A DNA stretch of 64,000 nt from Sulfurihydrogenibium sp. (GTDB lineage: Bacteria > Aquificota > Aquificia > Aquificales > Hydrogenothermaceae): contig NZ_JAPYVU010000002.1 of NCBI RefSeq assembly GCF_028276765.1, forward strand, positions 6,066 to 70,065. Reading direction: 5' to 3'. The translations under genes were made by a program, and so were the position numbers. The notes under the pieces were generated by a model. It did not search any database, was not told the origin of the DNA, and saw only the letters and a program-made list of their open reading frames with translations. Of the stretch, positions 38,807-48,773 are shown piece by piece; positions within the stretch are counted from its first letter, which is position 1, and each line of letters opens with the position of its first letter.

Positions 38807-39586
38807 GTGAAAAAAATAGTTTTTCTTACAAATGATGATGGCTATCAGTCAAAAGGATTGCAGTCAATAAGAAATAGATTGATAGAAGAAAATTTTAGAG
38901 TAATTACAGTAGCACCGGATAGAAACATGTCCGGAACAAGCCATTCATTAACATTTACAAGACCATTAAAGATAGAAAAAATTGAAGAAGATTTTTACTA
39001 TATCGTAGATGGAACACCTGCCGACTGTGTCCATCTTGGATTGAATGTAATTCTTCAAAATCAAAAGCCAGATTTATTAGTATCCGGTATAAATACAGGA
39101 CCAAACATAGGTAATGACGTTTTTTATTCTGGAACAGTCGGAGCAGCAAGAGAGGGAACGCTTTTTGGCATTCCATCTGTAGCCTTTTCTGTAGGCTCTT
39201 CTAAGAATCCAAACTTTGAAGATGTGTCAAAAGTGGCTGTTAAAATAGTAAAAGCATTACTTATTAAAAACCTTCCAAAAGGAACATTCCTTAACGTAAA
39301 CATTCCAACAATTCCGGCAGAAAAAATAAAAGGATTTTTGCTTACAAAACAAGGAAGAGGAGCATATAAAGAGGAAATCGTTAAGTATTTATCGCCTTCA
39401 AAGGAAGAGTATTACTGGATAGGTGGAGAAGAAGCACTATTGGAAGAATGCTCACCCGGCACAGATTACACAGCAGTAAAAAATGGATATGTATCTATCA
39501 CACCAATCAGATTAGACCTTACAGATTATGAAGCCATAGATATTTTAGATAAAGAAAACTTTATATCTGAAATTGTGAGGCTCTAA
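38807..39586 (+). CDS. surE: 5'/3'-nucleotidase SurE
   Basis: 259 aa. [40 protein letters not shown] start. Confidence 0.95.
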   Translation: MKKIVFLTNDDGYQSKGLQSIRNRLIEENFRVITVAPDRNMSGTSHSLTFTRPLKIEKIEEDFYYIVDGTPADCVHLGLNVILQNQKPDLLVSGINTGPNIGNDVFYSGTVGAAREGTLFGIPSVAFSVGSSKNPNFEDVSKVAVKIVKALLIKNLPKGTFLNVNIPTIPAEKIKGFLLTKQGRGAYKEEIVKYLSPSKEEYYWIGGEEALLEECSPGTDYTAVKNGYVSITPIRLDLTDYEAIDILDKENFISEIVRL

Positions 39587-41065
39587 ATGGGTCTAATATC
39601 CTTCCAAGAATTTGAAAGATTAGCAAAAGAATTTAATGTAATTCCAATTTACAAAGAAATCTTGCTCGATATAGATACACCGTTATCTGTTTATCTTAAA
39701 ATTTCATCACCGGATAGATTTAATTTTATTCTTGAAAGTGTAGAAAGAGGAGAGCAGATAGGCAGATATTCATTTATAGGCTCTTCGGAAAACTTTTACA
39801 TCAGAACAAAAAAAGATACAGTTGAGATTTACAACAAAGGACAGATAGAGTATAAAAAAACAACAGACCCTGTCGGAGAAATAAAAAACTTAGTTAAAGA
39901 GTTTAAGCCATATAAAGATGAAAGCTTGCCGCCATTTTATGGGGGGTTTGTTGGGTATATAGGTTATGATGTTATCCATTTTTACGAACCTATTCCGGAT
40001 ATAAAAATAGACACTTTAAAAATCCCGGATTTATTTATGTTTTTAAGTGATGAAGTTATCGCTTTTGACAATCTTACTAACAAGATTAAAATAATTGTCT
40101 GTGCAATAATAAACAAAAATGAAGATTTAAAAATCCAGTATGATAAAGCTGTAAATAAACTAAATGCAATTGAAGAAAGGCTTAACAAAACAATAGAAGA
40201 AAAAAGATTAACATTAAAAGAAAAAGAAGTAAACCTTGAAAATTGGAATTCTAACTTTAAAAAAGAAGATTTTGAAAAAGTAGTTTTAAAGGCAAAAGAT
40301 TACATAAAAGAAGGAGATATTATACAGGTTGTACTATCTCAAAGATTTTCAAAGAAGATAAAGACAGACCCATTAAACATTTACAGAGCTATAAGAGTAA
40401 TAAACCCTTCTCCGTATCTGTTTTACTTAGATTTTAAAGATTTAAAAATTATTGGGTCTTCTCCCGAAATACTTGTTACAGTAAAGGATAAAAAAATACT
40501 TACAAAACCTATAGCCGGCACAAGACCAAGAGGAAAGACTGTAGAAGAAGACTTGAAACTTAAAGAAGATTTACTCAGTGATGAAAAGGAAAGGGCAGAA
40601 CATTTAATGCTTGTAGACCTTGCAAGGAATGATGTAGGCAAGGTAGCTGTTAAAGGTAGTGTTAAAGTAGATAGATTTATGTATATAGAAAATTACTCCC
40701 ATGTTATGCATATAGTTTCCGATGTTTCCGGAATTTTAAGAGAGGATTTACATCCACTTGATGTTTTAAAATCAGTTTTTCCTGTTGGAACTGTTAGCGG
40801 AGCTCCAAAAGTTAGGGCAATGCAGATAATAGAAGAGCTTGAACCGGAGAAAAGAGGAGTATATGCAGGGGCGGTAGGATATATATCCTTTGATGGCAAT
40901 CTTGATACAGCAATAGCAATCAGAACTGCGGTAGTAGTGAACGATACTGTTTATATACAAGCTGGAGCTGGAATTGTTGCAGACTCAGTCCCAGAAAAAG
41001 AATGGCTTGAGACAGTAAACAAGGCAAAGGCTATGATGAAAGCGGTTGAAGTGGTTGAGGATTAG
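39587..41065 (+). CDS. trpE: anthranilate synthase component I
   Basis: 492 aa. LESVERGEQIGRYSFIG, KERAEHLMLVDLARNDVGKV, GTVSGAPKVRAMQIIEELE and RGVYAGAVGY. Confidence 0.95.
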   Translation: MGLISFQEFERLAKEFNVIPIYKEILLDIDTPLSVYLKISSPDRFNFILESVERGEQIGRYSFIGSSENFYIRTKKDTVEIYNKGQIEYKKTTDPVGEIKNLVKEFKPYKDESLPPFYGGFVGYIGYDVIHFYEPIPDIKIDTLKIPDLFMFLSDEVIAFDNLTNKIKIIVCAIINKNEDLKIQYDKAVNKLNAIEERLNKTIEEKRLTLKEKEVNLENWNSNFKKEDFEKVVLKAKDYIKEGDIIQVVLSQRFSKKIKTDPLNIYRAIRVINPSPYLFYLDFKDLKIIGSSPEILVTVKDKKILTKPIAGTRPRGKTVEEDLKLKEDLLSDEKERAEHLMLVDLARNDVGKVAVKGSVKVDRFMYIENYSHVMHIVSDVSGILREDLHPLDVLKSVFPVGTVSGAPKVRAMQIIEELEPEKRGVYAGAVGYISFDGNLDTAIAIRTAVVVNDTVYIQAGAGIVADSVPEKEWLETVNKAKAMMKAVEVVED

Positions 41066-41159
41066 AAAGTCGGTGATAAGAGGATATATTTCAAAGTGAG
41101 AAAGAAGTTCCTCAAGAACCTAAATATCTTGGCTTTAAAACTATTGCTGGAAAAAAACA

Positions 41160-41440
41160 GGACGGTGCTACATAGCAGATGCTACAGGTTTTGCTTATGG
41201 AGATAGTTTTATCATAGGACTACCTTTTATAGCTGATAAAGGTTATGATTCAATAAATATAATACAAAAATCTTAGACATTGGACTTATCCCTGCTATAG
41301 AGATAAAACAAACTCTTAGAATAAAAATAAAGCATTCAGTGAGGCAGTTATCAAAGGAAATTAGAATTTTACATGATTTTAACCTAATTTTGAGAAGTAA
41401 TTTTTTAATCTTTCGCACCAGTCTTATAGAAATACAATAA
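41160..41440 (+). pseudogene. DDE transposase fragment (IS4/IS5-superfamily-like), frameshifted
   Basis: My translation: ADATGFAYGDSFIIGLPFIADKGYDSINIIQKS*, then in another frame ILDIGLIPAIEIKQTLRIKIKH... xADKGYDS resembles the second catalytic-Asp block of DDE transposases. No intact ORF. Confidence 0.45.
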
Positions 41441-41480
41441 AAATTAGAATAGCTCCAAGACTTATAAAAGTTATTATTTA

Positions 41481-42650
41481 CTAATCCCTATAAAAAACAT
41501 CTCTTGTGTAAACCTTTTCTTTCACATCATCTAAATCGGAGCTGTATCTGTTAGCAAGGATAATGTCAGATTCTTTTTTTAATCTCTCTAAGGATACAAC
41601 ATCAAAATCCATAAACTTATTTTCTTTTAGTAAAGGTTCAAAAATTACAACTTGAACATCTTTTGCCCTTAAATACTCAATTATATCTATAATTGCAGCT
41701 TCTCTAAAATTATCTGAATCTGATTTCATCGTAAGTCTATAAACGCCAACGATTTTTGGGTTTAAGCTTATAACTCTCTCTGCTATATAGTATTTTCTTG
41801 CAATATTTGATTCAATTGTAGCCTTGATTAAAAAGTGTGGTATTCCTTTTTCTAAGTAGTTGGCCATTAATTGCTTTGTATCTTTTGGTAAACAGTAGCC
41901 CCCAAATCCAAAAGATGGATTATTATAATACATGCCTATTCTTGGGTCTAAACATACCCCTTCTATGATTTCTTTAGAATTTAATCCATGACTTTCAGCA
42001 AAAGTATCAAGCTCATTAAAAAATGCAACTCTCATGGCTAAGTATGTGTTTGCAAAAAGCTTTATGCTTTCTGCTTCAATAGAGCCTGTAAATAAAACCG
42101 GGACATCTTTTTTTATAGCACCTTCTAACAACAGATTTGCAAACTCTTTTGCCCTCTCGCTTTTTTCACCTACCACAATCCTTGATGGATATAGATTATC
42201 ATATAAAGCTTTACCTTCTCTTAAAAACTCAGGAGAAAAAATAATATTTTCTGTATTAAATTTTTTCTTTATGCTTTCTGTGTATCCAATAGGAATAGTA
42301 GATTTAATAACCATTACAGCGTCAGGATTTATTGCCAAAACTTCTTTTATGACAGATTCTACTGATTTTGTATTAAAGTAGTTTGTAATAGGGTCATAGT
42401 CTGTAGGAGTTGCAATTATTACATACTTTGCATCTTTGTAAGCTTCCTGCGGGTCTAAGGTAGCTTTTAGGTTTAAATTTTTAGTAGCTAAGTATTCTTG
42501 AATATCTTTATCTATAATTGGAGATTTTTTTTCATTGATTAGTTTAACTTTTTGAGGGTCTATGTCTTTAATTACAACTTGATGGTTTTGGGCAAGCAAG
42601 ATAGCATTAGATAATCCAACATAACCAGCACCTGCAACGGCTATTTTCAT
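41481..42650 (-). CDS. ugd: UDP-glucose 6-dehydrogenase
   Basis: 389 aa. [16 protein letters not shown] Rossmann start and [10 protein letters not shown] catalytic Cys block. Confidence 0.93.
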   Translation of the reverse strand: MKIAVAGAGYVGLSNAILLAQNHQVVIKDIDPQKVKLINEKKSPIIDKDIQEYLATKNLNLKATLDPQEAYKDAKYVIIATPTDYDPITNYFNTKSVESVIKEVLAINPDAVMVIKSTIPIGYTESIKKKFNTENIIFSPEFLREGKALYDNLYPSRIVVGEKSERAKEFANLLLEGAIKKDVPVLFTGSIEAESIKLFANTYLAMRVAFFNELDTFAESHGLNSKEIIEGVCLDPRIGMYYNNPSFGFGGYCLPKDTKQLMANYLEKGIPHFLIKATIESNIARKYYIAERVISLNPKIVGVYRLTMKSDSDNFREAAIIDIIEYLRAKDVQVVIFEPLLKENKFMDFDVVSLERLKKESDIILANRYSSDLDDVKEKVYTRDVFYRD

Positions 42651-42775
42651 TAAATTTTTATCTCCTTTTTGTTTATAATGTAATATAATTATAACAAATT
42701 CAAATTCATAATCATTGCAAAATATTCATTCTTTGCTATAATATCAAAATCTCAAGAAATAAAGGAGCTTGGAAT

Positions 42776-43897
42776 ATGAACCTAACAACTGAAGAGTTTT
42801 TATCTTTAGCCCAAGATAAAGATCTTTTTCCTATTATAGATAAAGTTTTCAGCGAAAAAAGGCTAACTTCTGACGATGCTTTAAAGCTTTTTAATTCTAC
42901 TGATATATTGACAATTGGATTTCTTGCAAATTACGTAACAGAAAAGAAAAACGGAAAATATGCTTACTTTGTGATAAATAGACAAATAAATCCAACAAAT
43001 ATCTGCGTTCTTGATTGTAAATTCTGTGCGTTTGCTCAGATGGATAAAAATGACCCAAAGGCTTATGAGATGAGTTATGAACAGATTTTAGAAAAAGCTA
43101 AACATGCAGTTGAAAATGGAGCATCAGAAGTTCATATAGTTGGCGGTCTTCATCCAGATTGGGATTTTGAAAAGTATTTGAATATAGTGTCATTGATAAA
43201 GAAGAATTTTCCAAGCTTACATATAAAGGCGTTTACTGCTGTTGAGATAGATTATTTTTCTAAATTATCCGGTTTAAGCTATGAAGAAGTTTTAATAAAA
43301 CTTAAAGAAGCCGGACTTGGCAGCCTTCCGGGTGGCGGGGCAGAAATTTTTTCTCCGGATGTAAGAAGAATTATTGCACCTAAAAAATTAGGATACAAAA
43401 AATATTTGGAAATTCATAAAATAGCTCATAGGCTTGGATTATATTCTACAACAACAATGCTGTACGGACATGTAGAAAGTTATAAAGATAGGGTTGACCA
43501 TATGGAAAAAATAAGGCAGCTTCAAGACGAAACAGGCGGTTTTACCTGCTTTATACCTCTTGCATATCAACCTGAAAACAATGATTTACCGGTAAGTGAT
43601 TACACTACAGGTATTGATGATTTAAAAACCATTGCAGTTGCAAGGCTGTTTTTAGATAATATCCCGCATATAAAGGCTTACTGGGTTATGATAGGAGAAA
43701 AAACAGCTCAGATAGCCTTAAACTTTGGAGCTGATGATATGGATGGGACTGTAATGGAAGAAAAGATAGCCCACTTTGCAGGTGCAAAATCTCCTACCCA
43801 GCAGCAAAAAGAAAAATTAATAAGACTTATTAAAGAAGCCGGAAAAATTCCTGTAGAGAGAGACACGCTGTATAACCATGTCAGAGTTTACGACTAA
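42776..43897 (+). CDS. radical SAM menaquinone (futalosine pathway) enzyme, MqnE/MqnC family
   Basis: 373 aa. INPTNICVLDCKFCAFA CxxxCxxC cluster. Overall MqnE/MqnC/CofH-like layout. I cannot separate MqnE from MqnC by eye. Confidence 0.8.
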   Translation: MNLTTEEFLSLAQDKDLFPIIDKVFSEKRLTSDDALKLFNSTDILTIGFLANYVTEKKNGKYAYFVINRQINPTNICVLDCKFCAFAQMDKNDPKAYEMSYEQILEKAKHAVENGASEVHIVGGLHPDWDFEKYLNIVSLIKKNFPSLHIKAFTAVEIDYFSKLSGLSYEEVLIKLKEAGLGSLPGGGAEIFSPDVRRIIAPKKLGYKKYLEIHKIAHRLGLYSTTTMLYGHVESYKDRVDHMEKIRQLQDETGGFTCFIPLAYQPENNDLPVSDYTTGIDDLKTIAVARLFLDNIPHIKAYWVMIGEKTAQIALNFGADDMDGTVMEEKIAHFAGAKSPTQQQKEKLIRLIKEAGKIPVERDTLYNHVRVYD

Positions 43898-44129
43898 AAA
43901 ATTAACTTTAAAGAATTATCTAATAGCATTTTTTGTTTTTATTTTGACGGCTATTGTTTTTGTTATTTCAATAGTTGCGATTCCGTATTTGTTATTTCTA
44001 ATACTAAAAATATTTTTTCTCAGCTTAGAGTTTACTGTTTTATTTGTTATTTTCTTTTGGATTGTAGCCATTGGTATAGTTACAATTTTAAGGCTTTTGG
44101 AATATAGTGAGAGGCAGGAAGTTAGATAA
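43878..44129 (+). CDS. small membrane protein, unknown function
   Basis: 83 aa, two long hydrophobic helices. Overlaps the upstream gene end by 20 nt. Confidence 0.35.
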   Translation: MSEFTTKKLTLKNYLIAFFVFILTAIVFVISIVAIPYLLFLILKIFFLSLEFTVLFVIFFWIVAIGIVTILRLLEYSERQEVR

Positions 44130-44211
44130 GGCTACTTACAAAAATTTACATCATCAATCCCCGGCATTTAAAGAATTTAAATCTTTTTATCTCTCATTTA
44201 TTTATTGTGTA

Positions 44212-44295
44212 GGCAATTCATGAATTGTCTCTACTTTCTCGCCATTTTAAAATTTTAAATAAAGAGATCCTTCGGCCTTACGGCTTCAGGATGTT
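44212..44295 (+). repeat. box F plus B hairpin
   Basis: GGCAATTCATGAATTG (44212-44227) and GAGATCCTTCGGCCTTACGGCTTCAGGATG (about 44266-44295). Confidence 0.8.
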
Positions 44296-44307
44296 CTATG
44301 TTAAATG

Positions 44308-44640
44308 TCAAGTACACAAATTTTCATCAAATGGTTTTCTACTTTTTAATACACCATATGCCTGCCTTAATAACTTATGTGCTACAGCTACTAATTCTAA
44401 CTTTTTAGCTTTACCTTTACTTATTAACCTTTCGTATAATTCTCTACAGTATTTGTTAAACCTTATTGCTGATAATGCTGCCATGTATAATATCTTTCTT
44501 GCATATGGATTTCCCATTTTCTTTATCTTGCCACTTTTCTTTACACATGCTGCACTTTCATATGGACTTGGATTTAAACCAGCAAAGCTAGCTGCTTCCT
44601 TTACACTTTTAAATCCCAGATAACGGAAGTGAATTCTTAG
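44308..44640 (-). pseudogene. IS110-family transposase C-terminal fragment
   Basis: Minus-strand translation: ...LGFKSVKEAASFAGLNPSPYESAACVKKSGKIKKMGNPYARKILYMAALSAIRFNKYCRELYERLISKGKAKKLELVAVAHKLLRQAYGVLKSRKPFDE. This is the typical IS110 C-terminal domain. No N-terminal part. Confidence 0.7.
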
Positions 44641-44923
44641 GTGAGTTTACCAAAGCATTAAAGAAAAAAGATATAAAACATTATTTTAACTATCCAAGAT
44701 ATCCAAAAGGACAAGCATATGTAGAGAGAATGAATATGAAGATTACGAATTAGAAGATATTCATGAGTTTAATAAAAAGATGTTGCAATATATGCTATGG
44801 TATAACACAGAAAGACCTCATCATAGTTTAAACAAAAAATCACCTTTACAATACTTTTGTGATATTATGAATTCAAGAAAGTCGGGATTTTCCAAAACCG
44901 GTATGACCTATACAATTGCTTGA
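44619..44923 (+). pseudogene. rve (integrase-core) transposase C-terminal fragment, IS481/IS3-like, frameshifted
   Basis: DNGSEFLGEFTKALKKKDIKHYFNYPRYPKGQAYVERMN..., then after a shift ...FNKKMLQYMLWYNTERPHHSLNKKSPLQYF. Abuts the IS110 fragment. A related copy lies at 56445-56960 (-). Confidence 0.65.
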
Positions 44924-44962
44924 CAAGAATAAAAAAAATGTATATAATATTATTTCAACGTT

Positions 44963-45036
44963 GGGCGGTTAGCTCAGATGGCCAGAGCACCTCCCTTACA
45001 AGGAGGGGGTCAGAGGTTCGACTCCTCTACCGCCCA
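44963..45036 (+). tRNA. tRNA-Val (anticodon UAC)
   Basis: Acceptor GGGCGGU/ACCGCCC, anticodon stem CCUCC/GGAGG with loop CUUACAA, T arm AGAGG-UUCGACU-CCUCU, discriminator A. Confidence 0.93.
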
Positions 45037-45050
45037 TTAAAAAAATGAAC

Positions 45051-45126
45051 GGAGCCGTAGTTCAGCCAGGTCCAGAACGCCTGCCTGTCACGCAGGAGGT
45101 CGTGGGTTCGAATCCCATCGGCTCCG
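45051..45126 (+). tRNA. tRNA-Asp (anticodon GUC)
   Basis: Acceptor GGAGCCG/CGGCUCC, anticodon stem CCUGC/GCAGG with loop CUGUCAC, T arm GUGGG-UUCGAAU-CCCAU, discriminator G. Confidence 0.93.
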
Positions 45127-45152
45127 CTTTTTAATACAAAAGAAGGTATAAA

Positions 45153-45947
45153 ATGCATCGTAAGAGGGAAAAATCAGACTATATAGTTCAAAACGTAGAT
45201 TTAGCCTTTGATATTTTATTTTACATAGCCAGAAGGCAATATGCAAAACCTAAAGATTTAGAAGAAAAATTCCAAACAAATTACACAAATCTTGAAAAAA
45301 TCTTAGAAGTCCTTATAATCCGTGGTTATTTAGATTATAATAAAAGAAAAAAAATATATTCCTTAGGAATAAAAAACTTTGAACTCGGTCATTCGTATAT
45401 TTCTCATACTGAGATTAGAAAACAAGCAAGACCTTTTCTACAAAAATTGGCTGAAGAGTTTCAAGAAAACGTATATCTTGCAATACGCAGTGGACATGAA
45501 ATTGTGTATATAGATTCTTATGAAATTCCACGAAGTGTAATAGTTAAATCAAGAGTTGGAAGATTACTTCCAATGTATGCATCAGCTTCCGGAAAAGTGC
45601 ATCTCGCATTTATGGATAAAGAAGATTTAGAAGAATTTTTTAGAGAAGTAAAATTAGAAAAATTTACTGAAAATACAATAACAGATAAAAACCTACTATT
45701 AAAAGAATTAGAAGAAGTTAGAAGAAATGGGTATGCTATAGATAATGAAGAGTGGGAAAAAGAAGTTAGATGCATCTCTGTTCCGGTCAGAGATTACACT
45801 GGTGATGTTGTAGCAGCGATAACGTTATCTGCTCCCGCGTTTAGAATGCCTTTTAATTTAGTCCATGGAAAAATGAAGGATAGTTTTAAGCAAGCTTCTC
45901 AAGAGCTATCGGAAAAGCTTGGATATTCAAAAGAAATTCAACTTTAG
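45153..45947 (+). CDS. IclR family transcriptional regulator
   Basis: 264 aa. N-terminal winged HTH, C-terminal IclR effector domain (GRLLPMYASASGKVHLAF...GYAIDNEEWEKEVRCISVPV...AITLSAP). Confidence 0.88.
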   Translation: MHRKREKSDYIVQNVDLAFDILFYIARRQYAKPKDLEEKFQTNYTNLEKILEVLIIRGYLDYNKRKKIYSLGIKNFELGHSYISHTEIRKQARPFLQKLAEEFQENVYLAIRSGHEIVYIDSYEIPRSVIVKSRVGRLLPMYASASGKVHLAFMDKEDLEEFFREVKLEKFTENTITDKNLLLKELEEVRRNGYAIDNEEWEKEVRCISVPVRDYTGDVVAAITLSAPAFRMPFNLVHGKMKDSFKQASQELSEKLGYSKEIQL

Positions 45948-46454
45948 AAACTCTGTCTAATTACTCGAAATAATATATCAATTCAAAAACTTTAATACAA
46001 AGGGTTTTGTGTGTCCACTTTATTCTACATTTTACACAAAAAGAAAAAATCTAACTTATATGATTTTTAAGCTTCTATAAAGTCCTAAGAATCTTCTCTT
46101 TCATCGCTATTTGGAAAGAAAAGAAGGACAAAAAGGGGGCTCTTTGTCTGATATAGAATGAAAATGTTGGTTTTTTGAAACACTTCTAATTCTAAAAAAC
46201 CGAGCTTGTTCCAAAAATCGAAAAAACTTCTTCTCAAAATTAAGACTTATAGGATAGATAAAAATATACAAATTAAAATTATGTAGAAATCCCAAAGAAT
46301 AGGCCAAGCAATAGTTAACTTCTTAGCTTTACTTTCACTCTAAGAGTTTACTTTATCTTTATAGCAGGGAATTGAATCATCCTCTGCTTTTGCATATGAT
46401 AGAATAAATAGCATAAATGCAAAAGACTTTTTAGAGAAATCAGTAGAGGATGAT

Positions 46455-47114
46455 ATGAAGATCCTTTTGATTGAAGATAATTTAGATTTAAATAACACAA
46501 TTAGAGAAGTTTTAGAGCTAAACGGTTATATAGTAGATTCAGCTTTTGACGGAGAAGAGGCTTTAAATTTTATAGAGAATTCAAGTTATGATGTAATTAT
46601 ATTAGATTTAATGCTTCCGGATATTAATGGATTAGAGATATTAAAAACTATTAGAAGTAAGGGTGTAGATACGCCAATTATAATTCTTACTGCCAAAAAC
46701 CAAACAAAAGATAAAATAACAGGACTTGATTTAGGGGCGGATGATTATATTACAAAGCCTTTTGATGTTGACGAACTTCTTGCAAGAATAAGAGCCATTG
46801 GAAGAAGAGTATCCACTGAAAAAAAGGATATAGTTTTAATAGACGACTTAGAAATAGATTTAAAAAACAAAGTTGTTAAAAAAGCCGGGAAATTCGTAGA
46901 ACTAACCCCAAAGCTATACTGTATTTTAGAGCAATTAGTAAGGAATAGAGGGAAAATTGTAAGCTATGAAACTCTATTAAGTAAATGCTGGGAAATAACG
47001 GAAGTACCTTCAAGGGAAACAATGAGAGCAAATATAAAAAACTTAAGAAAATTGATAGACCCAGACAAGAAAATTATAAAGACAATAGAAGGTGTTGGAT
47101 ATAGAATTGAATAA
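46455..47114 (+). CDS. OmpR-family response regulator
   Basis: 219 aa. Receiver domain (ILLIEDN...DVIILDLMLPDINGLE...ILTAK) and winged-helix output (GVGYRIE). Confidence 0.93.
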   Translation: MKILLIEDNLDLNNTIREVLELNGYIVDSAFDGEEALNFIENSSYDVIILDLMLPDINGLEILKTIRSKGVDTPIIILTAKNQTKDKITGLDLGADDYITKPFDVDELLARIRAIGRRVSTEKKDIVLIDDLEIDLKNKVVKKAGKFVELTPKLYCILEQLVRNRGKIVSYETLLSKCWEITEVPSRETMRANIKNLRKLIDPDKKIIKTIEGVGYRIE

Positions 47115-48294
47115 ATTCCATTTAGACGAATTCCAAACTGTCAGAATAAAGATAACTATTTTACTTACCTTTATTATATCCTTGATTACAGTTATTCTTT
47201 CATACTCTATATATCTTTCTTACGAAAATCAAAAATTAGTTGAGATTGAAGATGATATTAAGCTAAAACTAATTCAAGTTATTGATGCTATCGATAAAGA
47301 TATTTCTCAAATATTTAAATTATCTATGGAAGAAGATACTTTTATTTGTCTATACAATTTGACAGACTATCAAAAACTTTGCATAAATAACTTAAATAAC
47401 TTTTACATAGAAAAAAAATCAATAAATCCAAAAAACATTAAAATTTTTGAAGGAAAGAATCAATCTGGAAGTTTGATTTTGTATGGTTATAGATACAAAT
47501 CTCAAAAAGAATATTTCATAGTAATTGGCAAAGATGAAAGTTATCTTAAAAATGATTTAGAAAAGCTAAAAAAATCGATTTTTTATTCAATCGGCCTTGT
47601 AATAATGTTATCAGGCTTTTTAGCTTACTCAGTCTCAGGAAGACTTTTAGAACCAATCAAGAAAAACAAAGAAAATCTTGAAAATGTTTTGAATATAATC
47701 TCTCATGATTTAAGAACGCCAATAACTATTATCAAAACTAATTTTTATTTAATGAAAGCTAAAAATTTTCAAAATATTGAAAATAACATAAATCAGATAG
47801 AAAAAAATATTAATTATATTCAAAATATACTAACAAATATAGAAGCTTTAAAATCTGTTGATAAAAAAGAGATTGAGGAAATTAATATAAACCATCTCGT
47901 AAAAGATGTTTTAGTTAAGTTTGAAAATAAGATTCAAGAAAAAAATTTAAGGATAGTATTTTCAGAAAAAGATCAAATAAACACAAATGCCAATTACGTA
48001 GATATGGAAGTATGTTTTTCTAACTTAATCGAAAATGCGATAAAGTATAACGAAAAAAATGGAATAATAGAGGTCGAATTTGATAAATCAAAAATTAAGA
48101 TCAAAAATACAGGGAAATCTATAAACAAACCTGAAAAAATATTTGAAAGATTTTACAGAGAAGACAGTGCTGGAACCATAGAAGGACTCGGTTTAGGATT
48201 ATCTATAGTTAAAAAAATATGTGAAAAGTATGGTTTTAAAATAAGTTATAGCTTTAGAGATAATATGAATAATTTCATAATCAAGTTTCGATAA
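47092..48294 (+). CDS. sensor histidine kinase
   Basis: 400 aa. Two TM helices flank a ~120-aa extracytoplasmic segment. H-box ISHDLRTPIT, N-box NLIENAIKYN and G-box GLGLGLSIVKKI. Overlaps the RR gene by 23 nt. Confidence 0.88.
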   Translation: MLDIELNKFHLDEFQTVRIKITILLTFIISLITVILSYSIYLSYENQKLVEIEDDIKLKLIQVIDAIDKDISQIFKLSMEEDTFICLYNLTDYQKLCINNLNNFYIEKKSINPKNIKIFEGKNQSGSLILYGYRYKSQKEYFIVIGKDESYLKNDLEKLKKSIFYSIGLVIMLSGFLAYSVSGRLLEPIKKNKENLENVLNIISHDLRTPITIIKTNFYLMKAKNFQNIENNINQIEKNINYIQNILTNIEALKSVDKKEIEEININHLVKDVLVKFENKIQEKNLRIVFSEKDQINTNANYVDMEVCFSNLIENAIKYNEKNGIIEVEFDKSKIKIKNTGKSINKPEKIFERFYREDSAGTIEGLGLGLSIVKKICEKYGFKISYSFRDNMNNFIIKFR

Positions 48295-48401
48295 ATAAGC
48301 CACAAATCGAGTGAGAAATCGGGAATTTCGATAATACTAAAGCCTTCAGAAGCAAAGATGCTTAAAGTAAGCTTACCTTTGCCAGTCATCACTTTATGTA
48401 T

Positions 48402-48727
48402 GGGCAGCACATGAATTGCCCAATACCCATCAGTCTATAGCTTTCTTGCTTTTAAAATTCTATAACTGTATTTAAGATATTCCTTGGGGGTGAGAAATTA
48501 GTGGTTTTTATAGAATTAAAAAAAAGAGAGATCCTTCGGCCTCAGGATAACAGAGAAAGATTGAATGATAAGCATTAAAGGAAAGGATAACCTTGGGGTG
48601 TCATTCTGCAGCCGGTGAAGAATCTCTTGTTTTTCTTTTGAAATCAAAAAATCAAAAGAGGAGATCCTTTAGATAAGGCTCTCAGGATGACACGGGAAAG
48701 GTAAAGTTGCAAAAATTTTGGAGCACT
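48402..48727 (+). repeat. mosaic cluster: box F, box E (reverse), B hairpin, complete D-C-B-A unit (48600-48727)
   Basis: GGGCAGCACATGAATTGCC (48402-48420), GGGTGAGAAATT (48488-48499), GAGATCCTTCGGCCTCAGGATAAC, GTCATTCTGCAGCCGGTGAAGAATCTC...GGAGATCCTTTAGATAAGGCTCTCAGGATGACACGGGAAAGGTAAAGTTGCAAAAATTTTGGAGCAC. Confidence 0.9.
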
Positions 48728-48773
48728 CTTATCTTTTGGATTTTTCGCACAAGTTATGAATAAAAATTAATTT

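Noticed and set aside
41227-41418. 63-aa minus-strand track ORF between trpE and ugd
   Set aside because: It lies antisense to a DDE transposase fragment and has no SD. The region is better explained as IS debris.
44225-44623. 132-aa track ORF on the + strand
   Set aside because: It is antisense to a clear IS110-family C-terminal fragment. Its low-complexity sequence has no features of its own.
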